Shown in pieces: positions 37,558 to 47,835 of a DNA stretch of 64,000 nucleotides (the stretch's first letter is position 1; every line of letters begins with the position of its first letter). Made by a program: the position numbers and the translations under genes. The notes beneath the pieces are model-generated. The model worked only from the letters and a program-made list of their open reading frames with translations. It was not told the origin of the DNA and did no database searches. The DNA comes from a virus. Its lineage: Duplodnaviria > Heunggongvirae > Uroviricota > Caudoviricetes. The stretch lies in IMG/VR virus record IMGVR_UViG_3300020714_000006. The stretch is one strand, 5' to 3'.

Positions 37558-38493
37558 ATGAAAAATATAACATTTTTTATGGAACCAGATTGGGCATTTG
37601 GCTCAATACACTACGAATTGTCCAAATATTTATGGACAGAAGGGTATAATTGTTCATTATTGCCTTGGAATAGGTCTTATACATATGAAGAATTTCAGGA
37701 ATTGAATAATCATAACGATTTATGGGTTACTAATCAACATGGGTATAGATTTTTAAAAGGCTGTTATAACATTGACCCGCAAAAGTGTGTAGTAATAGCA
37801 CATGCCAAACTTGACATTGATGAATTAATACAGTATAATGGTATTGATGAATACTCACAGTTTCGCAGATATGGGGTAGTTAGTAATTTCTTAAAAGATT
37901 ACAGCGCGGATGTTGGTATTTCTAGGATTCCAGAAATTTGTCCTTTGGGTATAAATTACCACACATTTAAAAATAAACCAAATAGTTCACTACGAACTAT
38001 TGGATATGCTGGTGCGTATCAAGAACGTGATGCATTGCAAGAACATCCATCAGATAGTTGGGTAGTACAGCTGAAAAATTTAAAACGTGGATATTTAGTA
38101 AAAGAATGTGCCGAAAAAGCTGGGTTAGAATTTAAAATAGCACAACACTATCATAATAGCTTTGTCACAATGAGTGGATTTTATAATTCAGTAGATTGTA
38201 TTATAACCCCAAGTATGAATGAAGGTGCAGGATTGCCAGTATTAGAAGCAGGTGCAGCTGGCAAATTAGTAATAGGAACTCCAGTTGGCCATTGGCATGA
38301 ACTGATTGGTAATAAAGGTGGCATTGAAGTTCCATTCCAAGAAGATGAATTTATTGAAAAAACAGTAGAAATATTAACATATTATAAGAATAATCCTACT
38401 GAATATTATAATAGATGTTTACAAATACAAGAACACGCAAAAACTTATGATTGGTCCAATGTTATACAATATTGGGTCAATCTTTTACAATAA
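37558..38493 (+). CDS. glycosyltransferase (GT-B/GT4-like)
   Basis: PS..EGAGLPVLEAGAAGKLVIGTPVG. Confidence 0.75.
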   Translation: MKNITFFMEPDWAFGSIHYELSKYLWTEGYNCSLLPWNRSYTYEEFQELNNHNDLWVTNQHGYRFLKGCYNIDPQKCVVIAHAKLDIDELIQYNGIDEYSQFRRYGVVSNFLKDYSADVGISRIPEICPLGINYHTFKNKPNSSLRTIGYAGAYQERDALQEHPSDSWVVQLKNLKRGYLVKECAEKAGLEFKIAQHYHNSFVTMSGFYNSVDCIITPSMNEGAGLPVLEAGAAGKLVIGTPVGHWHELIGNKGGIEVPFQEDEFIEKTVEILTYYKNNPTEYYNRCLQIQEHAKTYDWSNVIQYWVNLLQ

Positions 38494-38512
38494 TCAAAAC
38501 TAAGGCAATGGA

Positions 38513-39151
38513 ATGGCAGCAAAAGAATTATGGGTTGATAAGTATAGACCAAAAACATTAGATGGATATGTTTTCAGGGATTCTTTTCAAAAACAACAAA
38601 TTGAAAAATGGATCACAGAAGGCTCAATACCACATTTATTATTAAGTGGTGGGGCTGGGGTTGGTAAAACAACTCTTGCTTACATTTTATTTGAAAAATT
38701 AAATATACACCCACTTGATATAAAAGAATTAAATGCTTCGCGCAATAATTCTGTTGATGACATAAGAGATACAGTAGTAAACTTTACACAAATGATACCA
38801 TTTGGTGAATTTAAGGTTGTATTACTTGATGAATGTCTTGATGAAAATACACCAGTTTCTATTTTACGTAATAACAATCAATTACTTATTCCTATTAAAA
38901 ATTTAAACGATGAAACTGATTTAGTAAAATCTTACAATGTAGAAAATAATAGAATAGAATGGAAACAATTTAAACTGTTTAATAAAGGAATTCAAGAAAC
39001 TCTTGAAATAGAATTTGAAAACAATGAAGTTGTTATATGTACACCGGACCATAAATGGTATGTCGAAGATGAAAATGGTTTGAGTATTGTGATAAAAGCA
39101 TCAGAATTAGAAAAATATGGACATATTTTAACTCCAATTATTTGTTATTAA
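38513..39151 (+). CDS. clamp loader (RFC/gp44-like) N-extein fused to split intein N-part
   Basis: WVDKYRP, GVGKTT, VVLLDE then CLDENT (intein block A) and CTPDHKW (block B). Confidence 0.9.
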   Translation: MAAKELWVDKYRPKTLDGYVFRDSFQKQQIEKWITEGSIPHLLLSGGAGVGKTTLAYILFEKLNIHPLDIKELNASRNNSVDDIRDTVVNFTQMIPFGEFKVVLLDECLDENTPVSILRNNNQLLIPIKNLNDETDLVKSYNVENNRIEWKQFKLFNKGIQETLEIEFENNEVVICTPDHKWYVEDENGLSIVIKASELEKYGHILTPIICY

Positions 39152-39200
39152 TACCATTTCATAATATAAATACTTATATATTCATACACAAGGAGAAATT

Positions 39201-40142
39201 ATGGGTGGTAATACATATAATAGAAAAAATATTAGTGATACTGATTTAATACCCCTAGTCGAGACGGCAATAAATAATCCATTAAAATCAATATTTTCTG
39301 ATAGAGAATTTGAAACTACAAAACAATGGAGGGCAAATGTAGCTCGATATTTAGATGCTGACAGTAGCAACCGATTTTATTTTTTACTAGAAACTACAAT
39401 TAACAAATCATATTGTGCATATTGTAATACTGAATTGACTATACATGAATATAATTTCATACGTGGATTTTCTAAATTTTGTTTAGATTGTAAATCAAAT
39501 GGGATATATCATACTAGTGCATATTTAGGTAAAGACAAATTGCAAGAACGTGGTAAATTAATAACTGAAAAAAAATTAATATTTTATAAAACTGATAAAG
39601 GGCGGGAAACTGCAAAGGTAATTGGTGCTAAAAATTCAATAGCAATGACAGCATACCATAAAACAGAACAGGGTATTATTAGTAAAGAATTGACTAAAAT
39701 TAAACAAAGTAATATAATGAAGGAAAAAATATTATCTGGTAAGTTTACTCCAAATTCAAATAATAGAAATACACATTGGAATTCTTTTTTTAATAATAAA
39801 CCGTACCGTTCATCATGGGAAGCACTTTATCAATATTTTAATCCAGCTGACGAGCATGAATCTCTTAGGATTACATATAGATATAATAATACTGAATATG
39901 TATATATTGTTGATTTTATAAACTATGATACTAAAATAGCAACAGAAGTTAAACCAAAAGAATTATGTAATACTGAAAAATTTATTGCAAAATTTAATGC
40001 ATTATCAAACTGGGGGCTAATTAATGGTTTTACTATTAGAATAGCCGATTTAGATTTTTTAAAATCGCAAGGAATACCAGATAATTTAGAATTATTTGAT
40101 CAATCTACTCAACGAAAGATACGTAAATTATATAATATATGA
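39201..40142 (+). CDS. free-standing PD-(D/E)XK (TnsA-like) endonuclease between intein halves
   Basis: YRSSWE...YIVDF...EVKP. Confidence 0.7.
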   Translation: MGGNTYNRKNISDTDLIPLVETAINNPLKSIFSDREFETTKQWRANVARYLDADSSNRFYFLLETTINKSYCAYCNTELTIHEYNFIRGFSKFCLDCKSNGIYHTSAYLGKDKLQERGKLITEKKLIFYKTDKGRETAKVIGAKNSIAMTAYHKTEQGIISKELTKIKQSNIMKEKILSGKFTPNSNNRNTHWNSFFNNKPYRSSWEALYQYFNPADEHESLRITYRYNNTEYVYIVDFINYDTKIATEVKPKELCNTEKFIAKFNALSNWGLINGFTIRIADLDFLKSQGIPDNLELFDQSTQRKIRKLYNI

Positions 40143-40852
40143 AAAAACTTAAAATTAAATCAATTAAACAATGCGAAAACAAGCAAGTATATGATTTATC
40201 AGTAAATGATAATCATAATTTTTTTATAACTGATGCTGAAATATTAACACACAATTGTGATTACTTGTCATTAAATGCGCAAGCATTATTACGTGGAGTT
40301 ATGGAGGATAATCCAATTGTTAGGTTTATCCTTACTTGTAATTATCCAAATAGAATTATTCCAGCTATTCATAGTAGATGTCAAGGATTTCATGTAGAAA
40401 AAGTTGACCAAAATGAGTTTACTGCCAGAGTAGCAACTATTCTTTTATCAGAAGATATTAATTTTGAATTAGATGTACTTGATACATTAGTAAAAGCAAC
40501 ATATCCTGATTTACGAAAATGTATTAACTTAGTTGAATTGAATAGTTTGAATGGTGAGTTACATACGTTAAACACTGGTGACACCAATGTTGCTGATTAT
40601 AAAATTGAAATGGTACAACTATTTAAATCTGGTAAAATATCTGAAGCACGCAAATTGATATGCAGCCAAGCAAGGCCAGATGAAATGGAAGATATATATC
40701 GGTGGTTATACGATAATGTTGAATTATTTGGCAACGAAAGACAACAAGATGATGCTATATTGGTTATTAAACAAGGTCTTGTAGATCACACAATTTGCGC
40801 CGATAGCGAAATTAACCTTTCCGCTGTTCTTGTAAAACTTAGCCGCCTTTAA
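40139..40852 (+). CDS. split intein C-part (39 aa) fused to clamp loader C-extein
   Basis: VYDLSV..NHNFF....ILTHN/C then DYLS.NAQ.LLR, FILTCNY, IHSRC. Confidence 0.9.
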   Translation: MKKLKIKSIKQCENKQVYDLSVNDNHNFFITDAEILTHNCDYLSLNAQALLRGVMEDNPIVRFILTCNYPNRIIPAIHSRCQGFHVEKVDQNEFTARVATILLSEDINFELDVLDTLVKATYPDLRKCINLVELNSLNGELHTLNTGDTNVADYKIEMVQLFKSGKISEARKLICSQARPDEMEDIYRWLYDNVELFGNERQQDDAILVIKQGLVDHTICADSEINLSAVLVKLSRL

Positions 40853-40905
40853 AAGTAATCTGCTATTATTGTATGTTTGACTAAATAACATAAGGAGATA
40901 AACTT

Positions 40906-41688
40906 ATGTTATGTCAATATGGATGTGGGAATACTGGATTATTTCAGTTCAAAAATAAAAAATGGTGTTGTTCTAATAGGTTTGATAGATGCCCTGCTAT
41001 TATTCAAAAACGAGTAGAGACAAGACGAACCAATGGGTGGAAACATTCCGAAGAATCAAAAGCAAAAATTGGATCAAAATCTCGTGGTAGAATCCTAACC
41101 GAAGAATGGAAACAAAAGATTGGTTCCTCACAAAAAGGAAAATCTAAAGGCCCTAAGTCTGAAAAAAGTAAAAGAAAACAATCTGAGGCAATGAAGGGGA
41201 AACCTGCTTGGAATACAGGACTTACTTCTAAAGATCCTAGAGTAGCATCATACGCTATTAAACAAACAGGGCAAAAGAGAGAAGGTAATTACATATCACC
41301 TACTAAATGGCAAGGAGAAGGAAATCCTTGGTTTGGAAAAAACCGAAGCAAAGAAAATAGTCCTAGATATAATGGTGAAGAGTATAACAGAGCACTTCAA
41401 GATTATAGAAATAAAGTAAGTTGGTTAACAGAACAAACTTACATAAAGTATATCAATATTATTAATCCAGACAATAAACCTAGAACGTTAGCAGGAGTAG
41501 AAAATGGATTTCATTTAGATCATATATATCCTGTATCTAAAGGATTTGATAATAGTGTTCCTCCAGAACTAATGGCAAGTATTGATAATTTAAGACTAAT
41601 GGATTGGAAAGAAAATGTTATTAAGAGTAATATTATCACAGAAGAACTAATTCCAGAATTAATAAAAGAGTATCTAATTACCCTATGA
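40906..41688 (+). CDS. HNH endonuclease with NUMOD3-like repeats
   Basis: KHSEESKAKI, PAWN.G, HLDHIYP...NL......N..K. Confidence 0.7.
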   Translation: MLCQYGCGNTGLFQFKNKKWCCSNRFDRCPAIIQKRVETRRTNGWKHSEESKAKIGSKSRGRILTEEWKQKIGSSQKGKSKGPKSEKSKRKQSEAMKGKPAWNTGLTSKDPRVASYAIKQTGQKREGNYISPTKWQGEGNPWFGKNRSKENSPRYNGEEYNRALQDYRNKVSWLTEQTYIKYINIINPDNKPRTLAGVENGFHLDHIYPVSKGFDNSVPPELMASIDNLRLMDWKENVIKSNIITEELIPELIKEYLITL

Positions 41689-41832
41689 TTAATGCTCATA
41701 AAATTAGCGTTATGTAAAACAGGTAAAATACTTTTCTATTGTCATACCTTAGAAAAGAAAATATATATTGATTGGGATACTATTAACCTATATGGTATCC
41801 CAATCAACTGCAATTCTTAAATAAAAAGCATA

Positions 41833-42552
41833 TCAATCTTCACCATACATTGATAAAATCTCTTTAATTACCGGATGCCGTTCAATATCACCTGTGGTAA
41901 ACTCCATAAGATCAATTAACTTAGGATTTTTATCTTTTAACCTACAAATAAAATCATCCAGACCATTTCCGCCTAACCGATCTGCTTGATTTAGGTCTCC
42001 GGTAACTACCATCTTTGAATTATCACCAAGTCTAGTTAATAACATTTTCATTTGATTTACCGTTGTTCCTTGAATTTCATCGGCAATTATATAAGAATTT
42101 TTAAATGTTCTACCACGCATATATGCTAGTGGGCTTATTTCAATAACTCCTTCTTCTAAATATCTTGATATTTCTTTTTTATGATAATATTCTGAGAAGA
42201 CGTCGAATATAGGTCTAGTCCAAGGTGCCATTTTTTCTTCTAATGTACCTGGTAGAAATCCTAAATCTTCATCAGCACTGACGGCGGGTCTTGTCACAAC
42301 GATTTTTTCAATCTTACCTTCCTGGAATAATTTAATTCCATTCTGAACTGCCAACATAGTTTTCCCTGTCCCAGCTGGACCAATTGCAAATACTATACTT
42401 TTAGACTCATCTTCTAATTTTCTTAAGTAATCTCTTTGGCTTTTATTTCTAGGGGACAGCGTAACAGCTCTACGCTTTTGTGGCATATATGGTTGAAAAT
42501 CTATTATGTTAACTTCTGATGTAAAACGTTTTTTCATTTGTTTTCTACTCAT
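41833..42552 (-). CDS. phoH: PhoH-family ATPase
   Basis: GPAGTGKT, LGFLPG, YMRGRTF, LLTRLG, TGD..Q.D. Confidence 0.93.
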   Translation of the reverse strand: MSRKQMKKRFTSEVNIIDFQPYMPQKRRAVTLSPRNKSQRDYLRKLEDESKSIVFAIGPAGTGKTMLAVQNGIKLFQEGKIEKIVVTRPAVSADEDLGFLPGTLEEKMAPWTRPIFDVFSEYYHKKEISRYLEEGVIEISPLAYMRGRTFKNSYIIADEIQGTTVNQMKMLLTRLGDNSKMVVTGDLNQADRLGGNGLDDFICRLKDKNPKLIDLMEFTTGDIERHPVIKEILSMYGED

Positions 42553-42718
42553 TCAGTATTCTCCTACTTTAATTGAGAAAATAGGACTTGTAGTAACCGC
42601 CATGATAACTACATTGGTCCTACAATAGTATTTACCTTTTTCAATAAAAAGTAAACTTATAATATTAAATTAATAGATAAATACAATTATAGTTACAACT
42701 TATAACACGGAAAAAATA

Positions 42719-43294
42719 ATGAGTACAGATGTATTAGACGTTATAAAAAATATACAAAGTTTATATGAAAACAATTCTAGCTTGGGAATCTTAAAAGATT
42801 TTGAACGAGTATTAGATGAATTAGATTTATATGTATACGATAATTGGATAGATGGTGAATTGGCTTATGGGCCAAAAGTAGATCGTCATTGGATTACTGT
42901 TGGATTCATGTGGGCATTGAAAAAAATGCCAGATCCCGACGGTGGAAAACGATTGATTGATGTTGGCTGCAAAGTACGATACCAAAAATCCCACTTAGTA
43001 GTTCCTAGAGAAATAAAACAACCATCTGATTTACGACCAGGAACTAAAAAAGGAAAATTAGACCACCATCCAATATGGGTAGTTGAAATACAAATGCCAA
43101 AAGAAGTGGCGTTTGATATTTATCGTGGATACATGGATAAAATGAAGTCGGAAAATCAAGAATCAGCTCCAACACAAGGTACGCCGTTACCAGGTGCCGC
43201 ACCAGTTCCAACTCCACCAATGGCTCAACCAGCTGGTGTTCCACCTACAGTCGGTGGCGCTCCTGCAGGTATGCCACCAGCACAGGCAGTTTAA
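42719..43294 (+). CDS. hypothetical phage protein with Pro-rich tail
   Basis: ORF track. Confidence 0.6.
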   Translation: MSTDVLDVIKNIQSLYENNSSLGILKDFERVLDELDLYVYDNWIDGELAYGPKVDRHWITVGFMWALKKMPDPDGGKRLIDVGCKVRYQKSHLVVPREIKQPSDLRPGTKKGKLDHHPIWVVEIQMPKEVAFDIYRGYMDKMKSENQESAPTQGTPLPGAAPVPTPPMAQPAGVPPTVGGAPAGMPPAQAV

Positions 43295-43296
43295 TA

Positions 43297-44031
43297 ATGA
43301 AATATATTACAGAAAGTTTACGAGCAAAAGATCTTCAAAATTTAGTAAAACCAATTTTTCAAGTTGATGCATATAAAAGTAAAATCGGCAATGATGAAAA
43401 CATAGTTGTATTAAGTTTTACCGTAGATCGGGAAGAACCGGCAAAAGATTTAGAGAATTTTATTGAAATGGGATATGACTTTGTTCTTGATGCTGATGTC
43501 AGTCCTGGTGAAACTGACGATGGAGTGTTTACAGTATTTGTTGAATTGGAACGAGGAAGACATGTACCAGAACAAATATTAGAAATATTAAACGGTGTTG
43601 AAAAACTTACCGGTGATTCTGAAATGCGTTTTAGATATTTTAAAAGTTTTAAAAGCCATGATGTAACACTTGAAAATTTAGCAGATATCATACCATTAGA
43701 TATAGAAACATACAATCAAGCAACTGAACTTTATAAAACCGATAATTATCAAGGGTTCTTCGCAAATAGCATAGTCGATGACGTTTCAGTCGCTAATGAA
43801 TCTATAAAATTTAAAAAACAATGGGCTGACCCATTGGAATTCAATATTGTTAATAGTGGTCCAAAATCAGAAATTTACAATTCTATTAATGGCCCAATAA
43901 TGATGGAAAATAAAGACATATCAGAAGTTATGTTTTATACAAAATATATAGGTAATTATAACATTACTAAAATAGGAAATACATTTATATTTGAAAACAG
44001 CGGGTGGGCTGTTGCATTGGAGAAAAAATAA
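43297..44031 (+). CDS. hypothetical phage protein
   Basis: ORF track. Confidence 0.6.
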   Translation: MKYITESLRAKDLQNLVKPIFQVDAYKSKIGNDENIVVLSFTVDREEPAKDLENFIEMGYDFVLDADVSPGETDDGVFTVFVELERGRHVPEQILEILNGVEKLTGDSEMRFRYFKSFKSHDVTLENLADIIPLDIETYNQATELYKTDNYQGFFANSIVDDVSVANESIKFKKQWADPLEFNIVNSGPKSEIYNSINGPIMMENKDISEVMFYTKYIGNYNITKIGNTFIFENSGWAVALEKK

Positions 44032-44657
44032 TGTCGTTTGAATTTGAATTTACAAAAGAAAAATTAGCTAAAATTATACCAGGTAATCCATATATTGATT
44101 ATTGGCATAGTGCATTGGAAATGATACTTCCAGATTATGATATCAATACAATTCCTAGAGTATCAGCTTTCTTAGCACAAACTGCACATGAAAGTGGTGG
44201 GTATAAATTTTTAAAAGAAAACTTAAACTATCGTGCTGTTACGTTAAGAAAAGTTTTTCCAAAATATTTTCCAACAGATGATCTAGCAAACAAATATGCA
44301 CAAAAACCAGAAATGATTGCTAATCGTGTATACGGTGGCAGAATGGGAAATGGAGCTGAATCAACTGGTGATGGTTTTAAGTATTGTGGCCGTGGATTAA
44401 TACAGTTAACTGGTAAATCAAACTACACAAAATTTGCAGAATCAATTGAAACACCATTAGAAGAAATTCCAGAATATCTTGCTACATTTGAAGGTGCTAT
44501 TCAATCAGCATGTTGGTTTTGGGAAGAAAATAACTTGAACCAATGGGCAGATAAAGGTGATATATTAACATTAACAAAACGAATTAATGGTGGTACTATA
44601 GGTCTTAATGATCGTATCAAACACTATGAACATGCAAAACATGTATTAGGAGCATAA
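44031..44657 (+). CDS. endolysin, glycoside hydrolase family 19
   Basis: FLAQTAHES, ENLNY, GRGLIQLTG..NY, INGG..G..DR. Confidence 0.9.
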   Translation: MSFEFEFTKEKLAKIIPGNPYIDYWHSALEMILPDYDINTIPRVSAFLAQTAHESGGYKFLKENLNYRAVTLRKVFPKYFPTDDLANKYAQKPEMIANRVYGGRMGNGAESTGDGFKYCGRGLIQLTGKSNYTKFAESIETPLEEIPEYLATFEGAIQSACWFWEENNLNQWADKGDILTLTKRINGGTIGLNDRIKHYEHAKHVLGA

Positions 44658-44659
44658 AT

Positions 44660-45106
44660 ATGTTTATTTTAGAATTTCTACCAGACAATATAATAATTGC
44701 AATTGTAGGTGGGTGTATTGCAATAGGTATTGTTGGTTTAATTATAGATTATATAATATATAGAATACCTTTTCTACTTCCATTTCGATTTATCATTAAA
44801 TTTATATCTACTATAATATTATTAGTAGGTGTATATTTTGCGGGAGCATATGTAACAGAATTAGTATGGAAAGAGAGAGTTGCTGAAGTTCAAATGAGAG
44901 TGGCTATTGCTGAAGCAAAATCACATGAAGTTAATACAATAATTCAAGAAAAGGTTGTACAAAAAATAAAAGTTGTTGAAAAAAAGGTAATAGTTAATCA
45001 TAATATTATTGAAAAACATAAAGAAATTATTAATGCAGAATGTAAAATACCAGATATCGCATTTAAAATTTACAATATATCTGCATTAGGTGGTGCTTAT
45101 GAATAA
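44660..45106 (+). CDS. putative inner-membrane spanin
   Basis: TM segments plus coiled coil, follows endolysin. Confidence 0.55.
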   Translation: MFILEFLPDNIIIAIVGGCIAIGIVGLIIDYIIYRIPFLLPFRFIIKFISTIILLVGVYFAGAYVTELVWKERVAEVQMRVAIAEAKSHEVNTIIQEKVVQKIKVVEKKVIVNHNIIEKHKEIINAECKIPDIAFKIYNISALGGAYE

Positions 45107-45365
45107 ACTTATAATTATAGGGTTATTACTTTCTGGTTGTAGTCATGTAGTTCCAGTAACTGTGAACTTTCCAGAAGTACCAGATGTTATGATGACCCCA
45201 CCTGAAAAATTAAAATCATTGTCTAGTGATAATAAAAATTTAAGTGATCTTTTAGATAATGCAAACACTAACTACGGAACTTATTACAAAGTTAGTGAAC
45301 AACTACTTGCATGGCAAGAATGGTATAAAAGCCAAAAAGAAATATATAAAAATATTAAGGAGTAG
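45099..45365 (+). CDS. putative outer-membrane spanin lipoprotein
   Basis: lipobox LSGC, Pro-rich segment. Confidence 0.6.
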   Translation: MNKLIIIGLLLSGCSHVVPVTVNFPEVPDVMMTPPEKLKSLSSDNKNLSDLLDNANTNYGTYYKVSEQLLAWQEWYKSQKEIYKNIKE

Positions 45366-45367
45366 AT

Positions 45368-45832
45368 ATGAATAAGAAAAAAGAAACTTGGATAAACACT
45401 GGGTGGAGACCAGCACTAGCTTGGAGTTATGTATTAATTTGTCTATTTGATTTTATCATTGGACCAACTATATATAATGTGTTACAATTTTATAATCCTG
45501 GGCAAGATGTAGGAATGTGGCAAGCAATTACGTTACAAGGTGGTGGGTTATATCATCTTTCAATGGGTGCTATTATTGGTATATCAACACACGGTAGAAC
45601 ACAAGAAAAAATGAAAGGCGCGGATGAGCCATCTATGCCAGCTACACCAAGTTTTGGTGGTGGGATGATGAGTTCATATTCACCAACGCCAACTCCAAGT
45701 GTTGTGCCAACACCGTCATTTGCACCAACATCAAGTTATGCGCAAGCGCCTACATCAGCAGCAACAGCACCAGCCCCTGCGTTTGGTAAATTTGGAGCAG
45801 CACCGGTACAACCAGAACAACCACTATTATAA
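45368..45832 (+). CDS. putative holin
   Basis: WRPALAW, TM segments, GRTQEK. Confidence 0.6.
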   Translation: MNKKKETWINTGWRPALAWSYVLICLFDFIIGPTIYNVLQFYNPGQDVGMWQAITLQGGGLYHLSMGAIIGISTHGRTQEKMKGADEPSMPATPSFGGGMMSSYSPTPTPSVVPTPSFAPTSSYAQAPTSAATAPAPAFGKFGAAPVQPEQPLL

Positions 45833-45841
45833 GGAAAACAT

Positions 45842-46003
45842 ATGAATTTAGTACTAGCATTATTGATATCATTGTCTTTATCAGCACCTGCATTATCTGT
45901 AGCGGCTGATAAAACACCAGCTGTAAAAGTTGAGAAAAAAGTAAAGAAAAAACATAAAAAATATGAAGGAACTAAAATTCCTGAAAAAGTAAATAAAAAA
46001 TAA
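45842..46003 (+). CDS. small exported basic protein
   Basis: AAGGA RBS; signal-peptide-like N-terminus, Lys-rich tail. Confidence 0.45.
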   Translation: MNLVLALLISLSLSAPALSVAADKTPAVKVEKKVKKKHKKYEGTKIPEKVNKK

Positions 46004-46078
46004 GTTTTAATACTTGACAATATGTGGTTAAATATAGTATAATGGCAACATAACTATTTTAACCACAACTTGATTTTA

Positions 46079-46834
46079 TTATGATTTATATTTACAATTA
46101 TCTCCATGCCACCTAATATAATTTCCATCACGTGTATATATCCCACAATGTGGACATAAAATATTTGGTCTGGATTTTAATGTGATTGCAATTTTTTGTC
46201 TAGTTACATCGTTTACAGTATGCCCTAACAGAGATATTGACCGTTTATAATCACAATCTATAGATCTGTTTAATTGTGAAATCCGCATCTTATGTTTTGA
46301 CTCTTCCGAATGCTTCTTACCGGTATTTGCTATACTAATTTTTATTTTAGTGTCATCAGACATTGTTTTTCCAGATTGTGCAATTGAATTTCGTATATTT
46401 TGCTCTACTGTCCGTTTTATTCCAGTTTGTGCAACTCTCATTTTATGAATTGTTTCTTCTGATCTAGTTTTTCCAGTTGTTTTATTAATTCGTTTGATAA
46501 TCGTTTCTTTGCTTTGTTTATATCCAGATATACCATCACCACCATCGGTTCTATTAAGCAAAATACCAGTATTGATGTCCTTTCGTCCATACCATCTAAT
46601 TAATCTACGCTCAATCGCTAGTGCACCAACTTCTGACAAGTTCTTTTCAACTATTACTATGAATGATGCATCTTGGGGAACTGGAATTGATTTATGTTTA
46701 TTCCAAGCTCGATTAAAACACCCTTTTCCAATATAATACGGTGTTCCTGCTTTTGCTGTTGTTGAATTTGTTTTTCGAATATATGCATACACATAAAAAC
46801 GAAATAAATCTGTTGTATTTTGATAAATATTCAT
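46079..46834 (-). CDS. GIY-YIG homing endonuclease with NUMOD3 repeats
   Basis: FYVYAY...PYYIGKG...RAW, NRTDGG, HSEESK. Confidence 0.8.
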   Translation of the reverse strand: MNIYQNTTDLFRFYVYAYIRKTNSTTAKAGTPYYIGKGCFNRAWNKHKSIPVPQDASFIVIVEKNLSEVGALAIERRLIRWYGRKDINTGILLNRTDGGDGISGYKQSKETIIKRINKTTGKTRSEETIHKMRVAQTGIKRTVEQNIRNSIAQSGKTMSDDTKIKISIANTGKKHSEESKHKMRISQLNRSIDCDYKRSISLLGHTVNDVTRQKIAITLKSRPNILCPHCGIYTRDGNYIRWHGDNCKYKS

Positions 46835-46979
46835 GCTGGCACTCCTTACAGTGTTAGAGCAATCAGATATTTCTAGTATCGTGGATTGCACTATTATTTA
46901 TTATTTTTATGTAAAAATACTTGACAAATAAATTTTATATTGATATAATAATCATAATTAAAACGTTAACTGGAATATT

Positions 46980-47819
46980 ATGAATTATTATAACATATTA
47001 GAAGTATCAGAAGATGCATCAATCGAAGATATAAAACAATCTTATAGAAAAAAAGCAGCAATTTTTCACCCTGATAAAGCATCTGGTGATGCTGAAAAAT
47101 TTAAAGAAATTCAAAAAGCATATGAAATTCTTAAAGACCCTCAAAAACGAGCAGAATATGATAACCAACAAACATTTGGGTATTCTAATTCTTATACAAC
47201 ACAACATGATTTTACCGATTTTTTCAGTGCAGCTTTTGGAGGATCACATCCATTTGGCGATATATTTGGTCGTGGCAGACAAATGCATAAGAATCGTGAC
47301 TTAAATTTGACTTGCCAAATTTCATTTGCTGATTCATTTACTGGTAAGCAGTTAGAAGCAAGCTATACTTTACCAAGTGGCAAACCACAAACTGTGGTAA
47401 TTGATGTCCCACCAGGTATTGAAAATGGAAATGTTATAAGGTATAATGGACTTGGTGATGATTCAATACCAAGTATACCTAGAGGTGACTTACACGTAAC
47501 GATTGTTATTATTCCTGATAAAAAATTTGACAGACGTGGGAATGATGTGTATACTACTGTTGAAATTAGCCCAATTGAAGCAATGATTGGTTGCACTAAA
47601 ACTGTTACTTCTGTATCTGGTGAAGAAATGATTATAGACATTCGACCAGGTGTTGAAACCGGAACTGAATATGCAAGGGCCAGCTGTGGATTTACAAATA
47701 TACATAATGGGCAGAAAGGTAGATTTGTATCATCTATTAAAATTAAGACACCAATTATAAAAAATGTTGACTTAATTAATAAATTGATACAACTTAATAA
47801 CGAAATTAACAATCTTTAA
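46980..47819 (+). CDS. DnaJ/CbpA-type co-chaperone
   Basis: J domain with HPD, C-terminal DnaJ domains, no Zn finger. Confidence 0.88.
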   Translation: MNYYNILEVSEDASIEDIKQSYRKKAAIFHPDKASGDAEKFKEIQKAYEILKDPQKRAEYDNQQTFGYSNSYTTQHDFTDFFSAAFGGSHPFGDIFGRGRQMHKNRDLNLTCQISFADSFTGKQLEASYTLPSGKPQTVVIDVPPGIENGNVIRYNGLGDDSIPSIPRGDLHVTIVIIPDKKFDRRGNDVYTTVEISPIEAMIGCTKTVTSVSGEEMIIDIRPGVETGTEYARASCGFTNIHNGQKGRFVSSIKIKTPIIKNVDLINKLIQLNNEINNL

Positions 47820-47835
47820 TAACAAAGGAAATAAA

